Source of the DNA: Streptomyces sp. ICBB 8177
GTDB taxonomy: Bacteria; Actinomycetota; Actinomycetes; Streptomycetales; Streptomycetaceae
DNA length: 64,000 bases
Assembly (NCBI RefSeq): GCF_003144095.1
Contig: NZ_NSKH01000024.1
Coordinates: 201,198-265,197 of the forward strand
Direction: 5' to 3'
The notes under the pieces are model-generated. The model did no database searches. It saw only the letters and a list, made by a program, of their open reading frames with translations, and was not told the DNA's origin. Positions 54,114-62,945 of the stretch are shown piece by piece. Each line of letters begins with the position of its first letter. Position 1 is the first letter of the stretch. Both the position numbers and the translations under genes were made by a program.

Positions 54114-54800
54114 TGAGCGCTCCGCTCGGCGAGATCGTCGTGGTGGCCGGGCGGGCCGCGCGGGCGGCGGGCTTCGACGACCTGCGCGACGCGGCGACCC
54201 GCGGTCATCGAGGCCCCGGAGGACGGGCGCGCCCTCTACGACTTCGGCTACGCGTGCATCGAGCGGGGCGTCGGCTACCTCGCGATCCCGGCGCTGCGCG
54301 AGGTCGTGCTGGGCCTGCCGGCGGTGCCCTTCGAACCGGAGCGCGAGGCCACACTCGTCGTGGCCTACGACCTGAAGGAGTTGCTGGAGCCGGAGACGCG
54401 CGACGCGGGCGTTGAGGCGCTGCGGGCGCTCCAGGACCGCACCCCCGGCCAGATCCTCCACGAGCACGCCAGTTGCTGGACGGACACCCCGCCGGTCACC
54501 GCCGACTCGGTGGGCCTGCTGGCGCAGGCGGTCACTCCGCCGTGGGGCGAGCGGCTGCGGCCCCGCCCCGACCGCTCCGGTGTGGACCGGCTTCCGGTCG
54601 ACCCCCGCCCTGAGGCGGAGTTGGCCGCGGAGATCGTCATGGCGAGCGCCGAGTCCGACCCCGGTGACGGCGCCACCCCGCCCGACCCGGACGCGACGTT
54701 CACGGCCTTCGCCGCCGCCGTGGCCGGCACCTGGCTCCAGGGCCCCCGCGCCCGCGTCCACGCTGTGGGCCCGGTGCCCAGCTCCGCTTCAACTGACCGG
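54114..54800 (+). pseudogene. Hypothetical gene with a +1 frameshift near 54200
   Basis: MSAPLGEIVVVAGRAARAAGFDDLRDAATR reads through only if the frame shifts at about 54199-54205 into ...VIEAPEDGRALYDFGYACIERGVGYLAIPALREVVLGLPAVPFEPEREATLVVAYDL... Both pieces have high GC3. Confidence 0.5.
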
Positions 54801-54811
54801 GCCCACCCCGA

Positions 54812-54839
54812 GACGACGAAGGCCCGCACCGGTTTCCCG
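54812..54839. terminator. Hairpin terminator
   Basis: GGCCCGCACCGG-TTTC-CCGGTGCGGGCC perfect 12-bp stem, followed by TTTG. Confidence 0.65.
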
Positions 54840-54861
54840 GTGCGGGCCTTTGCCTGCGGCG

Positions 54862-54953
54862 GATACGGGATGCTGACTCGTGAGGGATCGCCCCCAGCAC
54901 GCTTTCCAACTCTCGTGATGGTGACGGTGTCCGGGGTGGTCACCCGACCAGTG
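54862..54953 (-). other. Degenerate tRNA-Ser-like sequence: 3' half conserved (anticodon loop to acceptor end), 5' half unrelated
   Basis: Reverse complement ...GAGAGTTGGAAAGCGTGCTGGGGGCGATCCCTCACGAGTCAGCATCCCGTATCCGCC aligns to the 3' approximately 55 nt of tRNA-Ser(GGA) at 55741-55831. The acceptor stem cannot form. Confidence 0.6.
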
Positions 54954-55680
54954 TCATGTGCCGCAAGTGCGTCCAGTGAGGCGCACAACACCTCCCACCA
55001 GCCGTCCGACAGCTCCGGGGGCTTCGCTCACGATGGCGCGTCCGACAGGAGCCCCCGGCAGAAGCTCAGTTTCATCGGCCCGCCACGTCACCGACTCGTC
55101 CGTGTCTCGCCAGACCACACACCCGGGCCACGCGGGCTTGGCAATGCCTTCCGGAGGCGCGGCACTGTCCGTGCCGTTCCACCCCTGAGCGGGGATCTTG
55201 TCGAACAAGCGCCGCTCGATCCGTACCCAGGTGTCGCGGACTGTTCCGGCCCCCACGGATCGGTGCTTGCGCACCACCGTGTCCGGGAGCAAGCGCGCTT
55301 GCAAAGACCGCTCGACTCGATCAAGAACCTCGTCAACAGGCTCTACCCGTAGATCAACAGCCTTGCCCGTGGAAACCGGGAGCGTCATGAACGCGACCGT
55401 AGCAGCGGTACAGCGTGAGGTACCCGGCGCCGAGGCACGGGCGGCAATGGCCGGCGAGAAGCGCGCGATGCCGGGTGATCAGCTCCAACACCGGCAACCC
55501 GTCCGGGGGGGCGACCACCTCTCCTCGGCAGATTGCACATCTCTGGTCGGCTTCAGCACAAACGATCTTGGGTGTCTTCTCCGGGCCAGCCATAAACGGC
55601 ACCCTCCCAGAGCGTTCGGCCGGGCGCGGCCGAGTCGGCCGGGCTCCTCCGGCCCCTGGGCACAGCAACTGCAACCCTCA

Positions 55681-55722
55681 ACGTCGAAGGGCCCCACCGC
55701 TCGCGGTGGGGCCCTTCGACGT
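55681..55722 (-). terminator. Perfect 19-bp-stem hairpin immediately 3' of tRNA-Ser(GGA)
   Basis: ACGTCGAAGGGCCCCACCG-CTCG-CGGTGGGGCCCTTCGACGT. Confidence 0.65.
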
Positions 55723-55740
55723 TGTGCCCGGTGAGAGCAC

Positions 55741-55831
55741 TGGCGGAGGATACGAGATTCGAACTCGTGAGGGGTTGCCCCCAACACGCTTTCCAAGCGT
55801 GCGCCCTAGGCCACTAGGCGAATCCTCCGCC
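55741..55831 (-). tRNA. tRNA-Ser (anticodon GGA)
   Basis: Reverse complement GGCGGAGGATTCGCC...CACGC-TTGGAAA-GCGTG...long variable arm...GAGTTCGAATCTC...CTCCGCCA folds as a cloverleaf. Acceptor 7/7, anticodon loop UUGGAAA, genomic CCA. Confidence 0.9.
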
Positions 55832-56395
55832 GCACACATTACAAGACCGCGGGGGGTGGTTGCGAACTCGATCCCGGGGCCGGGGATCGGGTAGGCTGGG
55901 CGCAGCCCCTCACGTGGCGCTATCTCGCTGAACTCCCCCAGGGCCGGAAGGCAGCAAGGGTAGGTGGGCTCTGGCGGGTGCGTGGGGGGTCTTCGCGTCT
56001 TTCGGCGCCTCACGAGCCTGGCGGGCCCTCCCGCGACGGAAGTGCCCGCGGCGACGTGCGCCGGCTCTCCGTCCGGCCACTTGCCGCCGACCCGCGCGGA
56101 GGTGTGACGAAGGCGACACCGTCGTCAGCGTTCCCCCGAGGCAAACGCCGGCGAGCCCCGGCACCTTCCGACTCGGACCACGAAATCCCGTCAGGACCGA
56201 ACCCGTCGCGCCGCCGCGCCCCGTACCTACCATTTCAAGCCATATCCGACGCCTCGGCCGGAGTGTCCCCGCCGCGGTGTCAAGGGCTCTACGGGCGCGT
56301 ACGGGGGCGGAAAGGGGTGCCGAGGGGTCCCCCATCGTGGGCGGGGGCCTTCGGCTGGGCTGCGGCCGCACAGCCTTGGCCGGTAGGCTTTCCGT

Positions 56396-56692
56396 GTGAT
56401 CTTCAAGCGCATCGGCAGCAGTCGGCCGTATCCCGACCACGGCCGTACGAGCACCCGCGAATGGGCGGACGTCGCGCCGCGCCCGGTACGCCTCGACCAA
56501 CTGGTGACCACCAAGGGCCAGCTCGACCTGGAGACACTGCTGGCCGAGGACTCCACGTTCTACGGAGACCTGTTCGCCCACGTCGTGAAGTGGCAGGGCG
56601 ACCTCTATCTGGAGGACGGCCTGCACCGGGCGGTCCGCGCCGCGCTCCAGCAGCGCCAGGTGCTGCACGCCCGCGTGCTGGAGATGGACTGA
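56396..56692 (+). CDS. Conserved hypothetical protein
   Basis: VIFKRIGSSRPYPDHGRTSTREWADVAPRPVRLDQLVTTKGQLDLETLLAEDSTFYGDLFAHVVKWQGDLYLEDGLHRAVRAAL is a coherent globular sequence with high GC3. Confidence 0.5.
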   Translation: MIFKRIGSSRPYPDHGRTSTREWADVAPRPVRLDQLVTTKGQLDLETLLAEDSTFYGDLFAHVVKWQGDLYLEDGLHRAVRAALQQRQVLHARVLEMD

Positions 56693-56857
56693 GGCGGCAG
56701 GCACCCGGCCCGGGCACGGCCGCCTACCCGCCCGGGCGCCCGCACGCCTGCCCCAACTGGTCCGACCGGCGTGTTCGTTGCCTCTTTCGGGTCGGGCGCT
56801 AGGCCATTCGTTGATCATCTAGTAGGCCTTGGCCGGATACCGCACTACGCTGCGGCT

Positions 56858-57520
56858 ATGAGCATGCTCACTCCCCCCGGCATGGGCGGGAAGTACCGCG
56901 TCACGGGCAAGCACTACCCGCGGATGCGGCGCCCCCGCGGTCATCGGCGACTCGTGCTGTCGGTCGTCTCCGCCGTCGTGGTGCTCGGGCTGATCGGCTG
57001 GGGGACGGTGCAGCTCATCCACGTCTTCGGCGGCACCTCGCACGACGCCGCCCAGGGCGGACGCTGCTCCGCCAGGCGCGGTCACGACGTGAGCACGCGT
57101 GCGGGCGGTGCTCCGGCAGACGCGCCCGTGCCCAAGCCGTCCACCATCACCGTCAACGTCTACAACGCGACGCCGCGCACCGGTCTCGCCAAGTCGACCG
57201 CCGACGAGCTGAAGAAGCGCGGCTTCGTCATCGGCAAGGTCGGCAACGCGTCGGCGCAGTACAACCAGAAGGTGCCGGGCCCGGCCATACTGCTCGGCGG
57301 CCCGCAGGCGCAGGCGGCGCTCAAGGTGCTGGGCACGCAGCTGTCGGGCTCCAGCATGAAGACGGACCCCTCGCGTGCCGGGGCGTCCAACGTCGATCTG
57401 ATCATCGGTTCGGGCTTCGGCTCGCTGACCCCGCAGCAGAACGCCGGCGCCGCCCTGGCCGCGCTCAGCCATCCGGCCCCGGCGGCCTCCGCCTCCGGCG
57501 CCGGCAAGAAGGGCTGCTGA
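56858..57520 (+). CDS. LytR_C (LytR/CpsA/Psr C-terminal) domain membrane protein
   Basis: One TM helix, then ITVNVYNATPRTGLAKSTADELKKRGFVIGKVGNA, typical of LytR_C. Confidence 0.65.
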   Translation: MSMLTPPGMGGKYRVTGKHYPRMRRPRGHRRLVLSVVSAVVVLGLIGWGTVQLIHVFGGTSHDAAQGGRCSARRGHDVSTRAGGAPADAPVPKPSTITVNVYNATPRTGLAKSTADELKKRGFVIGKVGNASAQYNQKVPGPAILLGGPQAQAALKVLGTQLSGSSMKTDPSRAGASNVDLIIGSGFGSLTPQQNAGAALAALSHPAPAASASGAGKKGC

Positions 57521-57616
57521 GCCCGGCGCGCGCCGCTGAGCCCGCCCCGAACGGCGAACGGGTCCGGCCGCCACGATCACCGTGGTGGCCGGACCCGTCA
57601 TCCGTCGAAGGGGCCG

Positions 57617-58251
57617 CTAGCCCGCCGTTCCGTACATCCGGTCGCCCGCGTCGCCCAGGCCCGGAACGATGTAGCCGTTCTCGTTGAGCCGCTCGTCGAC
57701 CGACGCGGTCACCACCGTGACCGGGGCGCCGCTCAGCTCGCGTTCCATCACCTCGACGCCCTCCGGCGCCGCCAGCAGGCAGATCGCGGTCACGTCGTCG
57801 GCGCCGCGCTCGATCAGGGTGTTGATCGCGGCCACCAGCGTGCCGCCGGTCGCCAGCATCGGGTCGAGCACGTAGACCTGGCGGCCGGACAGGTCCTCCG
57901 GCATGCGCGTGGCGTACGTGGACGCCTTCAGCGTGTCCTCGTCGCGGACCATGCCCAGGAAGCCGACCTCGGCGGTCGGCAGTAGCCTGACCATGCCGTC
58001 CAGCATGCCGAGACCGGCCCGCAGGATCGGCACGACCAGCGGACGCGGGTGCGACAGGCGTACGCCGGTGGTGCGCTGCACCGGGGTCGTGATGTCGACC
58101 TGCTCGGTGCGCACGTCGCGGGTGGCCTCGTACGCGAGCAGGGTGACCAGCTCGTCGGCGAGCCGCCGGAAGGTGGGCGAGTCGGTGCGCTCGTCGCGCA
58201 GCGTCGTGAGTTTGTGCGCCACCAGCGGGTGGTCGACGACATGGATCCGCA
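57617..58251 (-). CDS. upp: Uracil phosphoribosyltransferase
   Basis: [23 protein letters not shown]...ILRAGLGM...[12 protein letters not shown]...[12 protein letters not shown]. Confidence 0.9.
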
Positions 58252-58415
58252 TGCCCCCGACATTAACGGAGGTTCCCCGGTCCCCGGCCCGCCCCCGGCC
58301 ACACCGCGAAACCGGCCGGCACGGCCCCCTGCCCGCTCTGCCTCCCCGCATCATCCGCCGGTGCGGGGGAAGGAGTGACGTACGCCGAACGTAACCGTGC
58401 GTAGAGGTGGTAGCC

Positions 58416-58607
58416 ATGGCCGAGCGCCCAGCCCAGCCCGACGAGTCCTCGACCCCGTCCGCACGGGACGCGGAGCGCCGCCGCAGGCGCGCCCTCTTCC
58501 TGCGCGAGCTGAACGAGGCCAAGGAACTGCGGGCGCGGGTGCAGCCCCGGCGGGCCAGGGCGGCGCGGATGCGGGAGCAGATGCGGATGCGCACCTTCCG
58601 CTGGTAG
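58416..58607 (+). CDS. Small basic hypothetical protein (63 aa)
   Basis: ATG with a GAGGTGG RBS. Arg-rich product [42 protein letters not shown]... Coding status is uncertain. Confidence 0.35.
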   Translation: MAERPAQPDESSTPSARDAERRRRRALFLRELNEAKELRARVQPRRARAARMREQMRMRTFRW

Positions 58608-58617
58608 GACGGGCTCA

Positions 58618-58722
58618 CTGCCGCTGGGCCCTCTACCGCTGGGCTTGCTGCCGCTGGGCTCGTTGCCCCTGGGCTCACTACCGCTGGGCTCGTTGCCCCT
58701 GGGCCGCTGCCGCGGGCAGGAC
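58618..58722. repeat. Six tandem 15-nt units (consensus CNCTRCCGCTGGGCT) ending in the palindrome GCTGCCGCGGGCAGG
   Basis: Direct reading. Located immediately after the small ORF. Confidence 0.7.
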
Positions 58723-59052
58723 GCGGAGCTTCCGCCGGCAAGACGGGCCGCCTCCGCTCGCAGGACCGGTCGCCTCCGCTGGTGGCGCAGGGGCTGCCGC
58801 GACGCCGGGGAACCAGCGGTGCAACCCACCCGCCTCACGGACCGTTCCGCCCGTCACCGTACGTAACGCTGTTGGCGGCACCGGTAGCGCTCCTGGCGGT
58901 GCGCCAGCCCAAAAAACCCGAAAAAACGTGCACAGCCTGGCACGACGCAGTGCGGAAGAGCCGCCGCAGAGCTTAGGTTTCTGCCACGATGCCGAGTGGG
59001 CGGGGCGCATCCCCGTCCGTCCCGGAACACTAAGACCAGTGGGAGAGTCACG

Positions 59053-59595
59053 GTGTATTTCGCCGCACTGCTCGCGCGCACCGAGGACGGGTGGGAAGCG
59101 AGCGACACGGAGCTTGACGATGTGGAGACCCTCGCGGACCTGGCCGATCTGGCCCGGGAGGCGACGGCCGACGACGAGACGGTGCTCGTACTGATCGAGC
59201 AGGAGGACGCCTGGTTCGGCGTCGTCCGGGTGGACGGCGAGGACGACCCCCGTATCTATGTGTCGGACGCTTCCGCCGCGGCCCGCAGCTCGTACGGGGA
59301 GATCCTGCTCACCGACGAACTGCTGGGGCGCGACCCCGACGACGAACTGGAGGACCTCGACGCCCTCGACCTGGACGGCACCGAGGACGGCGAGGGCGAG
59401 ACCGGGGAGGACGACGCTCCGCAGGACATCGAGCCGATCCCCTCGGGCCCGGTCGGCGAGGCCACGCTGCTGGCCGACTTCGGGGTGAGCGAGCAGGACC
59501 TGCGCTCGCTCAGCGGGGACGGCGTGCCCGGCGAGGCGCTCGGCGAGATCGCGGAGGCCCTCGGCTGCGGCGAACTGCTGGAGGCGGTCCGCTGA
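59053..59595 (+). CDS. tRNA adenosine deaminase-associated protein (acidic)
   Basis: VYFAALLARTEDGWEASDTELDDVETLADL... is highly acidic. Conserved position directly upstream of tadA. GTG with a GGGAGAG RBS. Confidence 0.65.
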   Translation: MYFAALLARTEDGWEASDTELDDVETLADLADLAREATADDETVLVLIEQEDAWFGVVRVDGEDDPRIYVSDASAAARSSYGEILLTDELLGRDPDDELEDLDALDLDGTEDGEGETGEDDAPQDIEPIPSGPVGEATLLADFGVSEQDLRSLSGDGVPGEALGEIAEALGCGELLEAVR

Positions 59596-59663
59596 GCCCT
59601 GACCCGTCCCGCCCCGACGACAGGCCGGCCGGCGACCCGCTGCGCGAGCCGTGGGTCCCGGCC

Positions 59664-60101
59664 ATGCGGCACGCCCTGGACGAGGCGGCGCTCGCCCCTC
59701 GCACCGGGGACGTGCCGGTGGGCGCGGTCGTGCTGGCGCCCGACGGCACGGTGATCGGGCGCGGCCACAACGAACGCGAGGCGACCGGCGACCCGACCGC
59801 CCACGCCGAGGTGCTGGCGATCCGCGAGGCGGCCCGCGCGGTCGGCGAGTGGCGGCTGACCGGCTGCACGCTCGTCGTCACGCTGGAGCCGTGCACGATG
59901 TGCGCGGGCGCGATCGTGCTGTCCCGGCTGGACCGGGTGGTCTACGGCGCCCGCGACGAGAAGGCGGGCGCGGCCGGCTCCCTGTGGGACGTCGTCCGCG
60001 ACCGCCGCCTCAACCACCGCCCCGAGGTGATCACGGGCGTCCTGGAACCGGAGTGCGCACGCGAGCTGACCGCGTTCTTCCGCGGGCCGCGGACGGCCTG
60101 A
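59664..60101 (+). CDS. tadA: tRNA adenosine(34) deaminase
   Basis: CMP/dCMP deaminase zinc motifs HAEVLAIREA and PCTMCAGAI. Confidence 0.85.
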   Translation: MRHALDEAALAPRTGDVPVGAVVLAPDGTVIGRGHNEREATGDPTAHAEVLAIREAARAVGEWRLTGCTLVVTLEPCTMCAGAIVLSRLDRVVYGARDEKAGAAGSLWDVVRDRRLNHRPEVITGVLEPECARELTAFFRGPRTA

Positions 60102-60171
60102 AGACGGTCCCGCGGCACCGGATCCGTATCCGATTTCGATGCGGGGCCCGGCGTCCGCTAAGCTCTCTCCC

Positions 60172-60261
60172 GGTAGCGTGTCCGAGCGGCCTAAGGAGCA
60201 CGCCTCGAAAGCGTGTGAGGGGGCAACTCCTCCGTGGGTTCAAATCCCACCGCTACCGCCA
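60172..60261 (+). tRNA. tRNA-Ser (anticodon CGA)
   Basis: GGTAGCG...CACGC-CTCGAAA-GCGTG...long variable arm...GTGGGTTCAAATCCCAC-CGCTACC-G-CCA. Acceptor 7/7. Confidence 0.9.
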
Positions 60262-60567
60262 TTGAACCGCCCGCGTCCCCCGGGATGCGGGCGGTTTCGT
60301 CATACGAGGGCCCCTGCGGCCAGGTCCGCGTACGCGCGCCGCACCCCGCCCCGCCCGCACGCCACTTCACCGCACCGCCTTCGCGGCCCCGCCGCCGCGT
60401 CGCGGCCCCACCGCCACGTCGGCGTTCCGCCCGCGCGGCAGGTCACCGCTTCGCCAAATCGCAACGCAACTGCACCCCTTGGCCCTGACATCACCGTGGT
60501 TAGACTCACCGCACTGGAGCGCGGGGGGCGGTCCGGAGTTCGAAGACGGTCGGGGAGGCGGACGGAC

Positions 60568-60732
60568 ATGGCTCAGGCAAGGAAGATCATGATGTACATC
60601 GTCGTGATCTTCGTCCTGTACACGATCATCACCTCCCCCGCGCGGGCCGCGCAGCTGGTCCAGATAGGCTTCGAGGGCATATCCAGCGCCGCGAAAGGCA
60701 TCGGGCAGTTCATGAGCCAGCTGGTGAAGTAG
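60568..60732 (+). CDS. Small membrane protein (54 aa)
   Basis: GGAGG RBS 8 nt upstream. One clear TM helix (MMYIVVIFVLYTIITSP). Confidence 0.5.
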   Translation: MAQARKIMMYIVVIFVLYTIITSPARAAQLVQIGFEGISSAAKGIGQFMSQLVK

Positions 60733-60763
60733 CCCGCCCCTGACGTCCCCCCGGGAGCACGCG

Positions 60764-61057
60764 ATGATCCGTCACCTCGTCCTGTTCAAGCTCAACGACG
60801 GCGTCTCGCGCGACGAGGAGCGCGTCACCGAGGGCGTACGCGCCTTCGAGGCCCTGGGCGGGCAGATCCCGGAGCTGGCCTCCTGGGAGTGCGCCTGGAA
60901 CATCACCGACCGCCCGATCGCCTACGACTACGCCATCAACTGCACGGTGGCCGACCGCGACGCGCTGGTCCGCTACCTGGAGCACCCGGCCCACCAGGCG
61001 GGCGTCGCCCTGTGGCAGCAGTTCGCCACGTGGGTGATCGCGGACTACGAGATCTGA
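60764..61057 (+). CDS. Dabb-family stress-responsive protein (A/B barrel)
   Basis: MIRHLVLFKLNDGVSRDEERVTEGVRAFEALGGQIPELASWECAWN matches the Dabb fold signature. Confidence 0.75.
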   Translation: MIRHLVLFKLNDGVSRDEERVTEGVRAFEALGGQIPELASWECAWNITDRPIAYDYAINCTVADRDALVRYLEHPAHQAGVALWQQFATWVIADYEI

Positions 61058-61068
61058 TCCCACCGGCA

Positions 61069-61300
61069 CACGAGCCGGAGCCGGGCCGGGGCCCCTGACT
61101 ACGCGAGCCGGAGCCGACCGGGGTCCCTGACAACGCGGGCGGACCCCGAGCCGGGGTCCCCTGACAACGCGGGCCGGGGCCCCGAGCCGGGTCCCGAACG
61201 ACGCGGGCACCGCCCTGATCAGGGTCCCCGAGCAGCGCGGGCCGTACCCGAGCCGTACCCCTGACGGCGCGGGCCGACCAACCACCCCGGAGCCCGAACC
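61069..61300. repeat. About seven degenerate tandem repeats of 32-34 nt (CGGGCCGGGGCCCCGAGCCGGGGTCCCCTGACAACG-like)
   Basis: Direct reading. Units are adjacent with no spacers. Confidence 0.7.
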
Positions 61301-61620
61301 CGGACAGCCCAGGCCGGCCCCCGCAGAACTCCCGTCGACACGAGGCCGGCGCCCGGCACCACCAACCGCCCGGCTCCAGGCCGCCCGGCACCAACCACCC
61401 GGCACTGCCTCCCGGACGCGGGCCGTCCTGCCCGCGCCGCCCTTCCGCGTTCGCCCGCCAGGGTCATCACCCCGTCCGCACGCACACGCCCCGCGTACGG
61501 CCCTGCCGCGTGCCTCGCGCGCGCTCCGCGCCCGCCCCTCCCGGTCCCTCGCGGCCGGGCCCGGCTCCCCTCCCGTCCCGCTCCGGTCAACTGACCGTCA
61601 ACACGGCTCTTTACGGTGCT

Positions 61621-61704
61621 TGCACACAGTGCACATGTCTTGTGATGCTATGACCGCTTTGACCGCTTTTGACGGGTAGTCGATCAATCGGTGAGGGGTG
61701 GTGT
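61621..61704 (+). promoter_or_regulatory. AT-richer promoter region with direct repeats (TGCACA x2; TTGACCGCTTT x2) and a GGGTAG -10-like element (SigB-type consensus GGGTAY)
   Basis: Local GC drop. Repeats and a GGGTAG lie about 20 nt upstream of the RBS of the sigma gene. Confidence 0.3.
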
Positions 61705-62772
61705 ATGTCGTTGACGGCCCGCTTCGCGCCCCCTTCCGCGCCCGCGCAGTCCGCCGCGCCCCCCGCGCCCCCTTCGGCCTCCGCGCCCCCCTCCACGTCG
61801 GCAACGCCCTCCGCCCCGGCAGCGGCCCCGGCGCAGACCCCGGCCCAGGCCTCGGCCTCGGACGCGACGCCGTCCATGACGCCTTCGGCGCCGCCGCCGG
61901 CCGCGGACGTCCCCGGCCCCGCGGCCACCTCCCGCGGCTCCACCCCGCCCAGGACCACCCCCTTCCCGCCGCGCGCCTCCGACTCGCCCGCGGACTCCGC
62001 GCGCCGCAGCCGGGCCGCCGACGCGCGGGCGCTGACGCAGGTGCTCTTCGAGGAGTTGTCGGGGCTGGAGCCGGGCACGCCGGAGCACGCCCGCGTACGC
62101 GCCGCGCTCATCGAGATCAACCTGCCGCTGGTGCGCTACGCCGCCGCCCGCTTCCGCAGCCGCAACGAGCCGATGGAAGACGTCGTACAGGTCGGCACGA
62201 TCGGGCTGATCAACGCCATCGACCGGTTCGATCCGCAGCGCGGGGTGCAGTTCCCGACGTTCGCGATGCCGACCGTCGTGGGGGAGATCAAACGTTACTT
62301 CAGGGACAACGTGCGCACCGTCCACGTCCCCCGGCGCCTGCACGAGCTGTGGGTCCAGGTGAGCGGGGCGATCGAGGACCTGACGGTGCTGCACGGCCGC
62401 TCGCCGACGACCGGCGAGATCGCCGAGCGCCTGAAGCTCACCGAGGAAGAGGTGCTGGCCTGCCTGGAGGCGGGGCGGGCCTACCACGCGACCTCGCTGG
62501 AGGCCGCGCAGGAGGGCGACGGCGCGCCCGGGCTGCTGGACCGCCTCGGCTACGAGGACCCGGAGCTGGCGGGCGTGGAGCACCGCGAACTGGTGCGCCA
62601 TCTGCTCGTGCAACTGCCCGAACGCGAGCGCCGGATCCTCCTGTTGCGGTACTTCGGCAACCTGACGCAGTCGCAGATCAGCGCCGAACTGGGGGTGTCG
62701 CAGATGCACGTCTCCCGGTTGCTGTCGCGCAGCTTCGCACGCCTGAGGTCCGCAAACCAGATCGAGGCGTAA
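61705..62772 (+). CDS. SigB/SigF-family (group 3) RNA polymerase sigma factor with a Pro/Ala-rich N-terminal extension
   Basis: Regions 2-4 ([37 protein letters not shown]..., [28 protein letters not shown]). ATG with a GAGGGGTGG RBS. Confidence 0.85.
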   Translation: MSLTARFAPPSAPAQSAAPPAPPSASAPPSTSATPSAPAAAPAQTPAQASASDATPSMTPSAPPPAADVPGPAATSRGSTPPRTTPFPPRASDSPADSARRSRAADARALTQVLFEELSGLEPGTPEHARVRAALIEINLPLVRYAAARFRSRNEPMEDVVQVGTIGLINAIDRFDPQRGVQFPTFAMPTVVGEIKRYFRDNVRTVHVPRRLHELWVQVSGAIEDLTVLHGRSPTTGEIAERLKLTEEEVLACLEAGRAYHATSLEAAQEGDGAPGLLDRLGYEDPELAGVEHRELVRHLLVQLPERERRILLLRYFGNLTQSQISAELGVSQMHVSRLLSRSFARLRSANQIEA

Positions 62773-62867
62773 CCCACGGGAGCGACACCCGTTCGCCATC
62801 TCCGGTGCAAATAAGTCGACTTGGCGCTACAGCGTGTTGCCGACATGTGACATTCTGCGGATACCGC

Positions 62868-62895
62868 GTTTGTGGCGGCCCGGCCTGACGGTATT
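62868..62895 (+). promoter_or_regulatory. Candidate SigB-type promoter (GTTTGT-N16-GGTATT)
   Basis: Matches the GnnT-N14-16-GGGTAY pattern with one mismatch, about 50 nt upstream of the second sigma gene. Confidence 0.3.
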
Positions 62896-62945
62896 CAGGT
62901 GAAGGAACGTCACGCGCGACCCGTCCGCGACCTCGAGGGGGTGGC

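Noticed and set aside
54954-55674. Two minus-strand ORFs (144 aa and 106 aa) between the tRNA-Ser and its partial repeat
   Set aside because: No recognisable domains, atypical composition, overlapping each other. Possibly remnants of the lost element, but not supportable as genes.
55910-56818. 302-aa minus-strand ORF
   Set aside because: Antisense to the conserved hypothetical gene 56396-56692, with low-complexity translation.
58397-59194. 265-aa ORF overlapping the small ORF and the 15-nt repeats
   Set aside because: The frame is generated by the repeat array (RWA(L/C/H)YRWA...). No RBS; overlaps a better-supported small ORF and the tadA-associated gene.
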